This document shows, in pieces, positions 28,884 through 37,974 of a DNA stretch of 64,000 bases. The translations under genes and the position numbers were made by a program. Each line of letters begins with the position of its first letter. Positions within the stretch are counted from its first letter, which is position 1. The DNA is from an uncultured Candidatus Bathyarchaeia archaeon (lineage in GTDB: Archaea; Thermoproteota; Bathyarchaeia; Bathyarchaeales; Bathycorpusculaceae), in contig CAZAXN010000027.1 in the NCBI GenBank assembly GCA_964489195.1, positions 346 through 64,345 on the forward strand. Reading direction: 5' to 3'. A model generated the notes under the pieces. It did not search any database, was not told the DNA's origin, and saw nothing but the letters and a program-made list of their open reading frames with translations.

Positions 28884-29663
28884 TTAAATGGATCCACTGT
28901 GTTTTTTGATGGCTGCAAGCGCCGCCCCAAATGCACAGATTATTTGGGGTTCATCCGGAACTATTGGAGATAAACCTATTTTTCGGCTTAAAGCATCAAC
29001 AAACCCTTTGTTTTTTGCTACACCTCCCGTGAAAGCCACATCTTTTTCGAATCCTATTCTGCTGGACATACTGTATATTCTTTCGGCTATTGCTTCATGA
29101 AGACCTGCTATAACATCTTCAATTGCTGATCCTTGACTTACACTGGATATTACCTCTGATTCCGCAAAAACCGTGCAAGTGCTACTTATTTTAATCGGCT
29201 TTGATGATTTGAAGTGCAGTTTACTAAGCTCTTCTATTGGTTTTCCAAGAATGTTTGACATGACTTCAAGAAATCTTCCAGTCCCTGCTGCACACTTGTC
29301 ATTCATGGCAAAGTCTAGGACTCTACCATTTTCGTCGATTTTAATGGCTTTAGAATCTTGGCCGCCAACATCAATAATTGTCCTTACCAGAGGAAAAAGT
29401 CTGTGAACCCCGCGAGAAACACACGTTATTTCAGAGGATGCTGCTTTTGTGTTGACTAGAGCCCTACCATAACCAGTTGAAACAGAGTACAATACATCCT
29501 TAAAACCTAAACCAGATTTTTCAAGAGCAGTTCTCAAAGCCTGCTCAGACGAGGATTTAAAGTTGATTCCAGAAGGAACCACAGCGTATGAAATGATGCT
29601 GCCTACCTTGTTAACTATCACAGCTTTTGTCGCTGAAGCCCCTGCGTCTATACCTATGTACAT
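28884..29663 (-). CDS. hgdC: 2-hydroxyacyl-CoA dehydratase activator ATPase (BcrAD/BadFG/HgdC family)
   Basis: MYIGIDAGASATKAV (actin-fold phosphate-1). Cluster cysteines lie in NDKCAAGTGRF (C124) and STCTVFAESE (C163). The 39-residue spacing matches HgdC C127/C166 as recalled. Confidence 0.85.
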   Translation of the reverse strand: MYIGIDAGASATKAVIVNKVGSIISYAVVPSGINFKSSSEQALRTALEKSGLGFKDVLYSVSTGYGRALVNTKAASSEITCVSRGVHRLFPLVRTIIDVGGQDSKAIKIDENGRVLDFAMNDKCAAGTGRFLEVMSNILGKPIEELSKLHFKSSKPIKISSTCTVFAESEVISSVSQGSAIEDVIAGLHEAIAERIYSMSSRIGFEKDVAFTGGVAKNKGFVDALSRKIGLSPIVPDEPQIICAFGAALAAIKKHSGSI

Positions 29664-30880
29664 TATCTTTCCTCTAAAACCTCTAGAAAAGCATCAATTC
29701 TGTTTTTGATTTGGGCTTCAGCATACTGCCTAGGATCTGCCATGTCAGCTTCAAATAAGAGATAAGGAACATTAAACTTTCTGCTCAAAGCTTCCGCTGT
29801 TACTAGTTGCGGTCCTGACCATGATTTGCAGCTTCTGTTAGAGAATAAAACAGCTCCGTCTATTTCATACTCCTTAATGCTCTTCAAAAATCTTTCAATC
29901 CGCAGATCTATACTAACATTCAAACCCATAGTCAAAATTTTTCTGGCGATACTTTCCAACGGTTTTGATGGATCAAGTCTGCATGCCCATGCTTCACTGT
30001 AAGGCTCATACACAAAAACTGCTCCTCTATCCTCAAAGTATTTTATGAGGTCAAATGCGTACCAAAGCCATATTCCGTCAAACAGCAACCTAAATTTCTC
30101 ATTTTCTATTATTCCCTCATTTTTAGCAACCTTATCCTTGGCCTCCCTTAAGAGTTCTTCGTAAAATTTGACAGCCTCTTCTGTTCCTTGCATAACTACG
30201 AGTGGAAAAATGTCTGATGCAGAATCTCTTCCGCCGAGTGGACAGGGTTTAGCTCTTCTAAGCTTCAAAGTTTCAAGCCAAAGCTCACTTGCCTTATCAG
30301 AAAGTTTCACAGTATTCACAAGCCTTTCCATATCAAATTTTAGCCCAAATTTTTCCCCAGTTATCGTTATCAGCTGCTCTAACTGTTTGACAACATAATC
30401 CAAAACATAATTGTTCAAGTCTTCTAGAGTTAAAACGTATGGAGTTTCACCCAAGAATAAGGGTATCCCCAAATGATTGTGAAGACTCTGCCACCATTTA
30501 ACATAAACGTCGCATGAATTTCTAAAAGTCACAAGAAAGTCGGGAGAAGGCATTAGTCCGTTCATTCCGCTGAGAGCATAACCTAAGGTGCATCGGCTAT
30601 AGGAGCATAAATTTTGGGAGTACCCATTTCTTTCAGCTTCTTCAAGGAAATCCAATATAAAGCCGCGAGCACTACACATTGCGCCAAAGTGCTCAGGGGC
30701 TATAAGATAAATATCTAGAGCGCGCAGTAGCTCTACAGGCGTGAACACAGTTATCCAAGCAATTGGCTTATTTTGAGCCTTTGCCTCGGAAGCTTTTGAA
30801 AAGTATTCCATAATAAGCTCTGGTATTTTTTTCGTTGTTTGCAGAAGAGGACTTCGTTTTTGCAGACTCATTTTAACCAC
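29663..30880 (-). CDS. 2-hydroxyacyl-CoA dehydratase D-component subunit
   Basis: 405 aa, HgdA/HgdB-like size and Cys-containing layout. Translationally coupled to the neighbouring genes (8-nt overlap at its start, 1-nt overlap at its end). Confidence 0.75.
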   Translation of the reverse strand: MVKMSLQKRSPLLQTTKKIPELIMEYFSKASEAKAQNKPIAWITVFTPVELLRALDIYLIAPEHFGAMCSARGFILDFLEEAERNGYSQNLCSYSRCTLGYALSGMNGLMPSPDFLVTFRNSCDVYVKWWQSLHNHLGIPLFLGETPYVLTLEDLNNYVLDYVVKQLEQLITITGEKFGLKFDMERLVNTVKLSDKASELWLETLKLRRAKPCPLGGRDSASDIFPLVVMQGTEEAVKFYEELLREAKDKVAKNEGIIENEKFRLLFDGIWLWYAFDLIKYFEDRGAVFVYEPYSEAWACRLDPSKPLESIARKILTMGLNVSIDLRIERFLKSIKEYEIDGAVLFSNRSCKSWSGPQLVTAEALSRKFNVPYLLFEADMADPRQYAEAQIKNRIDAFLEVLEER

Positions 30881-31961
30881 CTATAGATTCGATGAAGGCT
30901 TCCAATCTATTTTTGATTCTACCAATTTCTTGTGTGGGGTTCTCATAATCTATTACTGTGATAGGGATCCCATTCTTACTGAGCATGTTTCTTATGTGCA
31001 CACTGTCATATAAAATTGGATCACAGAATCTCTCAGCAAACGTTACTACGCCTTGTGCCTTAAACTTCTTAACCATGAACTCTATGTATTCAAGCCTCTG
31101 TTCAAGAGGTCCATTAGATGGACAAGGGGTTCTTCTGAGATACCTGTGAGCCAACGCCAAAATAGGGTCATTCAATTTCTCAACATTGCTCCAGAAACAT
31201 CTCGAACCAGTGCATAAATCGTCAGATGCGACAAACCCACCTGATTCTTCTATTGCCTTTATCAAATTAAGATCATAAATGGCTGTTCCGTTTACATGTA
31301 ATCTTACATTACCATAATTTTCGTTATTATTGAGGCTTAATGTTTTGATTTGAGCGTTGAATTCTGTTTTCGGCATCCACATGCTTGCAAGGGTAAGTTG
31401 AAAGCGTTCAAAAGCGTTGATCTTGTATTTGCCGCCGCTGTTTAGCATGTAGATATTTTTGAGTAAATTTCTGGTTTCATTGCATAATTCTATAGAGCTT
31501 GACAAATCTTTTCCATCAACCTTCTCTCCAAAATTCTCCTCTAGAAATTCCCTGAATCTTACCAATTCCATTCTGAAAAAATCAAGTGATAACTCACTGT
31601 CAGTGTTATGCGGCACTCTTAAGAGAAATAAAGGCTTATCGACTTTCTTCTGTAAAATGTCATAAAGTCTCCACATAGGATCGCACGTGTGAGCCACCAC
31701 AATTCCACTGACAAAGTCTTCAAGTCTCAGTATATTTTCTAACGTAGCGCTAGCAAAGGGACACACAAAGCTTGGTGTAAGAGCACTCGTGCTTGCCCCG
31801 ATGTTAGACACTCGATAAGGCTGTAGTTTTGCTGCAATTATTAATTCTTCTGGAACATAGCTACATGTATATCCGATAACTTTTACTTCAGAATCTTTGT
31901 ACCTGCGCAAAACTGCCACAGGATTCTTATATAGGTCCTGCATATCACTTGGAGTTATCAT
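30873..31961 (-). CDS. 2-hydroxyacyl-CoA dehydratase D-component subunit
   Basis: 362 aa, first gene of the three-gene module. IGYTCSYVPEELI near the N-terminus is typical of this family. Confidence 0.75.
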   Translation of the reverse strand: MITPSDMQDLYKNPVAVLRRYKDSEVKVIGYTCSYVPEELIIAAKLQPYRVSNIGASTSALTPSFVCPFASATLENILRLEDFVSGIVVAHTCDPMWRLYDILQKKVDKPLFLLRVPHNTDSELSLDFFRMELVRFREFLEENFGEKVDGKDLSSSIELCNETRNLLKNIYMLNSGGKYKINAFERFQLTLASMWMPKTEFNAQIKTLSLNNNENYGNVRLHVNGTAIYDLNLIKAIEESGGFVASDDLCTGSRCFWSNVEKLNDPILALAHRYLRRTPCPSNGPLEQRLEYIEFMVKKFKAQGVVTFAERFCDPILYDSVHIRNMLSKNGIPITVIDYENPTQEIGRIKNRLEAFIESIGG

Positions 31962-32049
31962 GTTTTTGATTAATCAATGAAGCTAAATAAAAACTGTATG
32001 TTCTTAGTTAACTGGAAGTTCGGCAAAAATAAAAAGAAAATGGAGGATT

Positions 32050-32853
32050 CTATTTATTTTTGAATTTTGGTGTTCTCTTTTCGAAGAAGGCAGAAACACC
32101 TTCTATTATGTCTTCGGACTTCGCGCAGATTAAGCCGCCCTCAACCATCATCTTGTTCGCTTCCGCCATGCTGATTTCCATTGACCTCGCAAGTATCTTC
32201 TTCGCTAAACGCATCGCTATCGGTGCCTTTGTCGCCAACGTTCCAGCAAAATATATTGCTGTTGACTTTAGCTCATCTGGTGGAACAACCTTGGTAACAA
32301 GCCCAATTCTTTCAGCCTCTTTTGCGTCAATTCGTTCCCCAGTCAGAACTATTTTAGTAGCTTGAGATCTCCCTACAAGTTTAGACAAGCGTGCACAGCC
32401 TCCCCAACCTGGAATTAAGCCTATGTTAACTTCTGGAGCGCCAAAACTTGCGTTTTCAGCTGCGAGTCTAATGTCACATGAAATTGCCATTTCAAGTCCC
32501 CCACCAAGTGCATATCCATTTACCGCTGCTATTACTGGTTTATCAAAGGATTCTATCTTGTCAAAAACTTTTTGACCTAGCTCCGTGCGAGCTTTCATTT
32601 CGGCTTCCCCTCCACTTCCAGCTTCGCTCAAATCAGCTCCAGCGCTAAAAGCTCTGCCTGCACCTGTTATTATGACGCTTCTGATTTTTTCATCTTTCCT
32701 TATTTCTTCAAGGACGTTGTCTAGTTCTTGGAGTAAACCACTACTTAGGGAGTTTAAGGCGTCAGGTCTATTCAATGTTATGATGGCGATATTTTCTTCC
32801 TCAGGCATCAGGAAACTTGCAACTTTCTCATAAATTATGTATTTGTATTCCAT
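32050..32853 (-). CDS. enoyl-CoA hydratase (crotonase family)
   Basis: ITGAGRAFSAGADL and AAVNGYALGGGLEMAISCDIRLA. Confidence 0.9.
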   Translation of the reverse strand: MEYKYIIYEKVASFLMPEEENIAIITLNRPDALNSLSSGLLQELDNVLEEIRKDEKIRSVIITGAGRAFSAGADLSEAGSGGEAEMKARTELGQKVFDKIESFDKPVIAAVNGYALGGGLEMAISCDIRLAAENASFGAPEVNIGLIPGWGGCARLSKLVGRSQATKIVLTGERIDAKEAERIGLVTKVVPPDELKSTAIYFAGTLATKAPIAMRLAKKILARSMEISMAEANKMMVEGGLICAKSEDIIEGVSAFFEKRTPKFKNK

Positions 32854-33042
32854 AACACTACACCTTTTTAACTTACTAAAAAGTCCGTTTCCATAAAAGT
32901 CTTTTCATACACGTTTTATTAAACCTAATATTAAAGATTAAAATTTCCCCTCATGCAACTAGAATTTATAGAGATGCACAAAATTTATTCCGAGAACCGA
33001 AAAATAAGCAGAACATGATAAAATGTTTAGTTGGCGAAGTAG

Positions 33043-34101
33043 ATGAGCCAAAATAGGAGTAGAATCAGGTTTGGCTGCTTCTTGCCTATCCCAGCTACAC
33101 CTGTGAATAAATTATTCAAAATAGCCAAAGTCAACGAAGAAGCTGGTTTTGATTCAATATGGGTTCCAGATCACCTACTGTTTATACCTCCAGGAATTGT
33201 GCCAGAAGCTTGGTCCATGCTAGCTGCAACTGCAATGACAACAGAAAAAGTAGCTTTAGGAACATGCGTTAGCGATCCACATCGATACCATCCTGCAGTT
33301 CTCGCTCAAAAAGTTGCCACCGTAGACCAAATTTCAGGCGGTCGTACAATACTTGGATTAGGTGCTGGAGAAGCTATGAATTTAGAACCTTTCGGAATAG
33401 AATGGAAAAAGCCAGTATCAAAGCTAATCGAAACTGTAACAATAATGCGTAGGCTTTGGGCTGGTGAAATATTGAATTATGAAGGGAAATTTTGGAGATT
33501 AAAAGACGCTTTTCTGCAAATTAATCCTGTCAAAGGCAGAGTACCAATATATTTTGGAGCTAATAGTCCACGAGTTCTCATATTAACAGGCGAGATGGCT
33601 GATGGCTGGCTTTCAATCCCGCTTACTCCAAAATTGTATAAAGAACGCTTAAAGTTCATTAAAGAAGGAGTCGAAAATGCAGGCAGAGTTTATGATGAAA
33701 TAGACACAGCAGTTTACTTATACACTTGTGTGGCTGAAAATGCGGAAGAAGCGTACAAGCAAATTGAATCCATAAAATCTCAGATAATTCCTGCACCAGA
33801 ATTATTATCTGAAGCTGGATACAATGTGGAATTACCGGATGATTTGCGTTCGTTATCTTATTTTAGAGCCCTTGCAGATTCGGAGTGGGTGTCAAAATTT
33901 CTGGCCTATAGTGATCTTATCCCAACAGAGGCTGCCATTGATTTTTCTGTTGCTGGAACTGTGGATAACTGCATAGAGAAGATAGCAGAATATGTAAAAG
34001 CAGGTGCTAAACACATCCTTCTAATAAATGCAGGACCGGACCCACGTCAAGTCTTAAAGGCTTATTCCGAAAAAATAATTCCACACTTTCGTTCAAAATG
34101 A
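33043..34101 (+). CDS. luciferase-like (LLM-class, probably F420-dependent) oxidoreductase
   Basis: FDSIWVPDHL, LGTCVSDPHRYHPAVLAQKVATVDQISGGRTILGLGAGE, typical of LLM/Mer-like TIM barrels. Confidence 0.75.
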   Translation: MSQNRSRIRFGCFLPIPATPVNKLFKIAKVNEEAGFDSIWVPDHLLFIPPGIVPEAWSMLAATAMTTEKVALGTCVSDPHRYHPAVLAQKVATVDQISGGRTILGLGAGEAMNLEPFGIEWKKPVSKLIETVTIMRRLWAGEILNYEGKFWRLKDAFLQINPVKGRVPIYFGANSPRVLILTGEMADGWLSIPLTPKLYKERLKFIKEGVENAGRVYDEIDTAVYLYTCVAENAEEAYKQIESIKSQIIPAPELLSEAGYNVELPDDLRSLSYFRALADSEWVSKFLAYSDLIPTEAAIDFSVAGTVDNCIEKIAEYVKAGAKHILLINAGPDPRQVLKAYSEKIIPHFRSK

Positions 34102-34169
34102 TGAAAAAACAACGTTGTAATCATTGAATCGCAGAAAAGAGAAATTAAAGCTGTTTTGTCCGAAGCTTA

Positions 34170-34300
34170 CCATAGCCAACTCTTGAATTTCTCCTGTTTC
34201 CTCACGGATCTTAGTGATTTTTGCACACCTGTAGAAACGTTCAAAGCAATAATCTGCGCGCGCTTTATTGCTGATCCAATGTGTATATGCTTAAAACAGT
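34170..34300 (-). pseudogene. relic of an acyl-CoA dehydrogenase C-terminus
   Basis: Minus-strand reading gives AYTHWISNKARADYCFERFYRCAKITKIREETGEIQELAM. Compare ERFHRCAKITEIYEGTSEIQK in the intact ACAD at 35801-36952. Upstream there are stops and frame changes and no N-terminal domains. Boundaries are approximate. Confidence 0.6.
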
Positions 34301-34470
34301 AACACTTTGTGACCACGGCATGTGCGTTACCCTTTTTATTCACCAACACAGTGTTTCTTCAAAAAGCGGGCAATATCTTTGACAGAAGAAGAAACAAACA
34401 ATTCTAATAATGGAAATAACGAGTTTGTAGCCAATTTGCTGGTCACTTTTTTCCAGAACACTAAACTGAG

Positions 34471-35745
34471 GTGTTCAGTCCACTATCCATAGAGGAGGAA
34501 AATATGACTTTCATCGAAACTTTAAAACAAGAATTCTCATTCATAAAAGGAAACTATGCAATTTTGATAATAAGCTGGATAATTGTAGACTTCGCCATGG
34601 AGCTTCAAGCCACCTACTATGCGCTTTATGTTCTCGGGCTTGGCGCAACAGAGACGATTCTCGGCGTAATAGGTCTCTCCCAATTCCTTGCATTAGCTTC
34701 ACTGCAGTTTCCTGGGGGTTATTTGGCAGATAAGTATGGAAGAAAATGGTTAATTTCAACAATGACTTTCGGTGTAGCCCTGAGTTACACAATCTACGCA
34801 GTTGCACCTTCCTGGCATTTCATTCTCATTGGAGCAGTTTTGATGGCAATATTTAACTCCACTTATCAACCAGCCTTAAACGCTATGATTTCTGACTCAT
34901 TGCCGCCTGAAAGAAGAGGAATGGGATTCAGCATAGTTATGCTTATAGCAAGTGTTTCCACAACGCCAAGTCCTGCAGTTGCAGGTTTACTACGCTCTTA
35001 TTTCGGTTTAATTGATGGCATGAGAATAATATACGGCATTGTTGTGACTCTCTTTTTGATTGCAGCATTCTTCAGATTCTTCTTTCTGAAAGAAACAGTA
35101 GTAAGCTCCTCCAAGCCGCACTTGAATGAGATAATACACAGTTACCCAACAGCTTTGAAAGAAAGTGTTGGCGTGTGGAAAAAAGTGCCTAAAGCGATGC
35201 TTTACCTCTTTCTGGCATTTTCTATGATAACGTTTGGATTTGCATCAATGAATTTATTCAGCGTTGTTTATGCTACTAGGGTACTTTTTATTGATGAGAT
35301 AGTGTGGGGTTTCCTCCTTGCAATTGTGCCTTTGACTACTATAATTTTAGCAATACCAATAGGTAAGCTGGTGGACAAAATAAAGAGGAAAACACCTATT
35401 CTAGTCTCAATGCTTCTTTTTGCATTGTCGATGCTGGTTTTTGTGTATGGCGATCTGACGAAAGTTGCCATTTCGCTAATTATTGTGGGCGTGGGACAAG
35501 TAATGATGAATGCAGCCTTTGGAGCGTTGCAAACTGACCTGACACCAAAAGAACAACGTGGAAAAGTTAATGGTTTCATCAATTTTGCAAATTACATGGT
35601 TATGGCTGTAGGCAGTTTGTTAGGTGGATATTTGTATGAGCATGTAGCTCCACAAGCACCGTTCATGCTTGCCATAGCAACAGTTCTGCCATCTTTCCTG
35701 TTGACGCTTGTGTTAGTGAAAGAGCCTGAGAGAAAAGAAGAATAG
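34471..35745 (+). CDS. MFS transporter
   Basis: About 12 hydrophobic segments with the MFS loop motif GGYLADKYGRK. The likely start is ATG 34504, preceded by GGAGGA. Confidence 0.85.
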   Translation: MFSPLSIEEENMTFIETLKQEFSFIKGNYAILIISWIIVDFAMELQATYYALYVLGLGATETILGVIGLSQFLALASLQFPGGYLADKYGRKWLISTMTFGVALSYTIYAVAPSWHFILIGAVLMAIFNSTYQPALNAMISDSLPPERRGMGFSIVMLIASVSTTPSPAVAGLLRSYFGLIDGMRIIYGIVVTLFLIAAFFRFFFLKETVVSSSKPHLNEIIHSYPTALKESVGVWKKVPKAMLYLFLAFSMITFGFASMNLFSVVYATRVLFIDEIVWGFLLAIVPLTTIILAIPIGKLVDKIKRKTPILVSMLLFALSMLVFVYGDLTKVAISLIIVGVGQVMMNAAFGALQTDLTPKEQRGKVNGFINFANYMVMAVGSLLGGYLYEHVAPQAPFMLAIATVLPSFLLTLVLVKEPERKEE

Positions 35746-35800
35746 CTAAATAGCTAGCTATTACATGTTGAATAGAAAAGAAGAGGATTATTTTTGTCTA

Positions 35801-36952
35801 TTATTGCTTTGTCAAATAGTTGCTTATTGTTAGTTTTTGGATTTCACTTGTTCCTTCGTAGATTTCTGTAATTTTTGCACATCTATGAAAACGTTCAACA
35901 TGGTAATCAGCCAAATAGCCATATCCGCCAAGGATTTGAATAGCATCATCAGTTACTTCCATAGCGACACGGCTTGCATATGCTTTCGCCATTGAAGTTG
36001 CAACTGGATTCGGTTTTTCCTTGTCATAAAGCCAAGCAGCCTTATACATCATCAGCCTTGCAGATTCAATTTTCATAGCCATTTCTGCCAGCTTAAAAGA
36101 TACGCCTTGAAAGTTGATTATCGGTTGTCCAAACTGTTTCCGCGTTTTCGCATAAGCCAACGCTTTTTCAAAGGCGCCTTGTGCCATACCTACAGCTTGG
36201 GCCGCCACAGTGATACGAGTTCCGTCGAAAAGCTCCAGCGTGTAATAAAAGCCTTTATTCAACTCCCCGACAAGGTTCGCATCTGGCACTTTCAAGTCGC
36301 TCATGCTTAGTGATCCTGTAACGCATGGCTTTATGCCCATTTTGCCATGTAGTTTCGTTGCTTCTAATCCTTGCATTCCTTTCTCTGCTAGGAATAAGCT
36401 TTGTCCACGGTGTGAAGGTTGCGCATTTGGGTTTGATTGGCATAAGATTATGAATGTGTCAGCTATCGGAGCGTTCGTTATGAATTCTTTGGCGCCGTTT
36501 ATTATCCATTCACTTCCAGTTTTCACCGCTGTAGAATCCATTCTTGTTATGTCGCTTCCATGCTCAGGCTCTGTAAAGGCGGCAGCAGCAATTTTCTCGC
36601 CTCTGGCAAGCGGTGGAATATATTTTGCTTTTTGCTCTTCCGTTCCATGTTTCAGCAGAACATCTGGAATCATCAAATTGCCCAAAGATATTGCAACGCC
36701 TAAGCCTGGATCTACGCGGCAAAGTTCTTCTACAACTATGCAGTCTTCAAAGACCCCGTAGCCTTGTCCATCATACTGCTGTGGTATCCGCATGCTTGTG
36801 AAGCCTAACTGTGCAGCCTTTTTGTATAGGCTTAAGGGAAATTCTTCCTTCTGGTCAAATTCCAAGGCAAGTTCTGGTGTCAGTTCTTTCTCTGCGAATT
36901 CGTGAACCGCACGCTTAATTTCTAATTGTTCATCGTTTAGTTTGAACTCCAT
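35801..36952 (-). CDS. acyl-CoA dehydrogenase
   Basis: FTEPEHGSD, QILGGYGYLADYHVERFHRCAKITEIYEGTSEIQK. Confidence 0.9.
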   Translation of the reverse strand: MEFKLNDEQLEIKRAVHEFAEKELTPELALEFDQKEEFPLSLYKKAAQLGFTSMRIPQQYDGQGYGVFEDCIVVEELCRVDPGLGVAISLGNLMIPDVLLKHGTEEQKAKYIPPLARGEKIAAAAFTEPEHGSDITRMDSTAVKTGSEWIINGAKEFITNAPIADTFIILCQSNPNAQPSHRGQSLFLAEKGMQGLEATKLHGKMGIKPCVTGSLSMSDLKVPDANLVGELNKGFYYTLELFDGTRITVAAQAVGMAQGAFEKALAYAKTRKQFGQPIINFQGVSFKLAEMAMKIESARLMMYKAAWLYDKEKPNPVATSMAKAYASRVAMEVTDDAIQILGGYGYLADYHVERFHRCAKITEIYEGTSEIQKLTISNYLTKQ

Positions 36953-36983
36953 TTTGCTTTTTTCTCCTCAGAGGTTTTTGAGA

Positions 36984-37973
36984 TTATGTTCTTTGCGTTC
37001 GTAGTTCATTAATTTTGTTTTTCAAAGGCGGCACAACCTTGAACAAATCTTCCACTATACCGTAGTCTGCGAAGCTAAAGATGGGTGCTTTAGGGTCCTT
37101 GTTAACAGCAATTGTCAGATCAGAGCTTTTCATTCCAAGTACATGTTGAAAGGCACCACTAATGCCTAAGGCCAAATAGAGCTTTGGCTTCACTGTTTTT
37201 CCTGAACTGCCCACTTGTCTGTCACTTGGCAACCAGCCCTTATCGACGATTGGGCGTGAACAGGCAAGGACTGCGCCCAAGCTTTTGGCTAATTCTTCCA
37301 TAATAGGCATGTTTGCTTGGTCTTTTATGCCGCGGCCTACGCCTACGAGTTTTTCTGCAGCTGTTATGTCTACGCCACCTGGAGGCGGCAAAATATATTG
37401 TAAAAAGCGTTTTTCGCTGATTTCCGCTGTTAGTGGCGATGGGAGTTCTGTAATTTGTCCGTTTATCGGTGGTTCAGGCTTCTTTGGGGTGAAAGTTGCT
37501 TGCCGGATTGTTGCCATGTATGTTTCGGCTTTGCGAGCTGTTGCTTCAACGTTGACTTTTCCGCCGTACATTTGTCTTGTTACGCTTAGTTTGCCATCTT
37601 CTAAGGTTATGTCTATACAGTCTGTTGCAAGTGGTGTGTTTAATGCTGCGGCTAGTCTTGGGGCAAGTTCAATGCCATAAGAAGTGTGTCCCATTAGAAC
37701 TAGCGAAGGCTTATGCTCTTTGATTAACTGTGTCAGGATTTGCCTGTAGGCTTCTGAGTTAAAGTTTTCAAGTTTTGAATCTTGAATTAGAAAGATATTT
37801 TTGGCGTACTCTGTTAATGCTTTGGCTTGTTCCTTGATGTTATTGCCTAGAATTATTGCGTTTAGTTCTGCCCCTGTTTTTTCCGCTATTCCTCGAGCTT
37901 TGGTTAGTGTTTCATATGTTATGTCGCGTATTACACCTTGCCTATGTTCTGCTAAAACGAAAATTTTTGCCAT
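36984..37973 (-). CDS. etfA: electron transfer flavoprotein, alpha (large) subunit
   Basis: C-terminal FAD-binding region VGSSGKTVKPKLYLALGISGAFQHVLGMK. No N-terminal ferredoxin domain. Confidence 0.9.
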   Translation of the reverse strand: MAKIFVLAEHRQGVIRDITYETLTKARGIAEKTGAELNAIILGNNIKEQAKALTEYAKNIFLIQDSKLENFNSEAYRQILTQLIKEHKPSLVLMGHTSYGIELAPRLAAALNTPLATDCIDITLEDGKLSVTRQMYGGKVNVEATARKAETYMATIRQATFTPKKPEPPINGQITELPSPLTAEISEKRFLQYILPPPGGVDITAAEKLVGVGRGIKDQANMPIMEELAKSLGAVLACSRPIVDKGWLPSDRQVGSSGKTVKPKLYLALGISGAFQHVLGMKSSDLTIAVNKDPKAPIFSFADYGIVEDLFKVVPPLKNKINELRTQRT

Positions 37974-37974
37974 G

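Noticed and set aside
34167-34349. The 60-aa minus-strand ORF as a real gene.
   Set aside because: It is an out-of-frame read through the acyl-CoA dehydrogenase relic. The recognisable homology is in a different frame.
34352-34396. 9-bp inverted repeat TGTTTCTTC/GAAGAAACA with a 27-nt loop.
   Set aside because: It is A/T-rich with a long loop, lies in decayed sequence upstream of the ACAD relic, and has no adjacent T-tract or gene to regulate.
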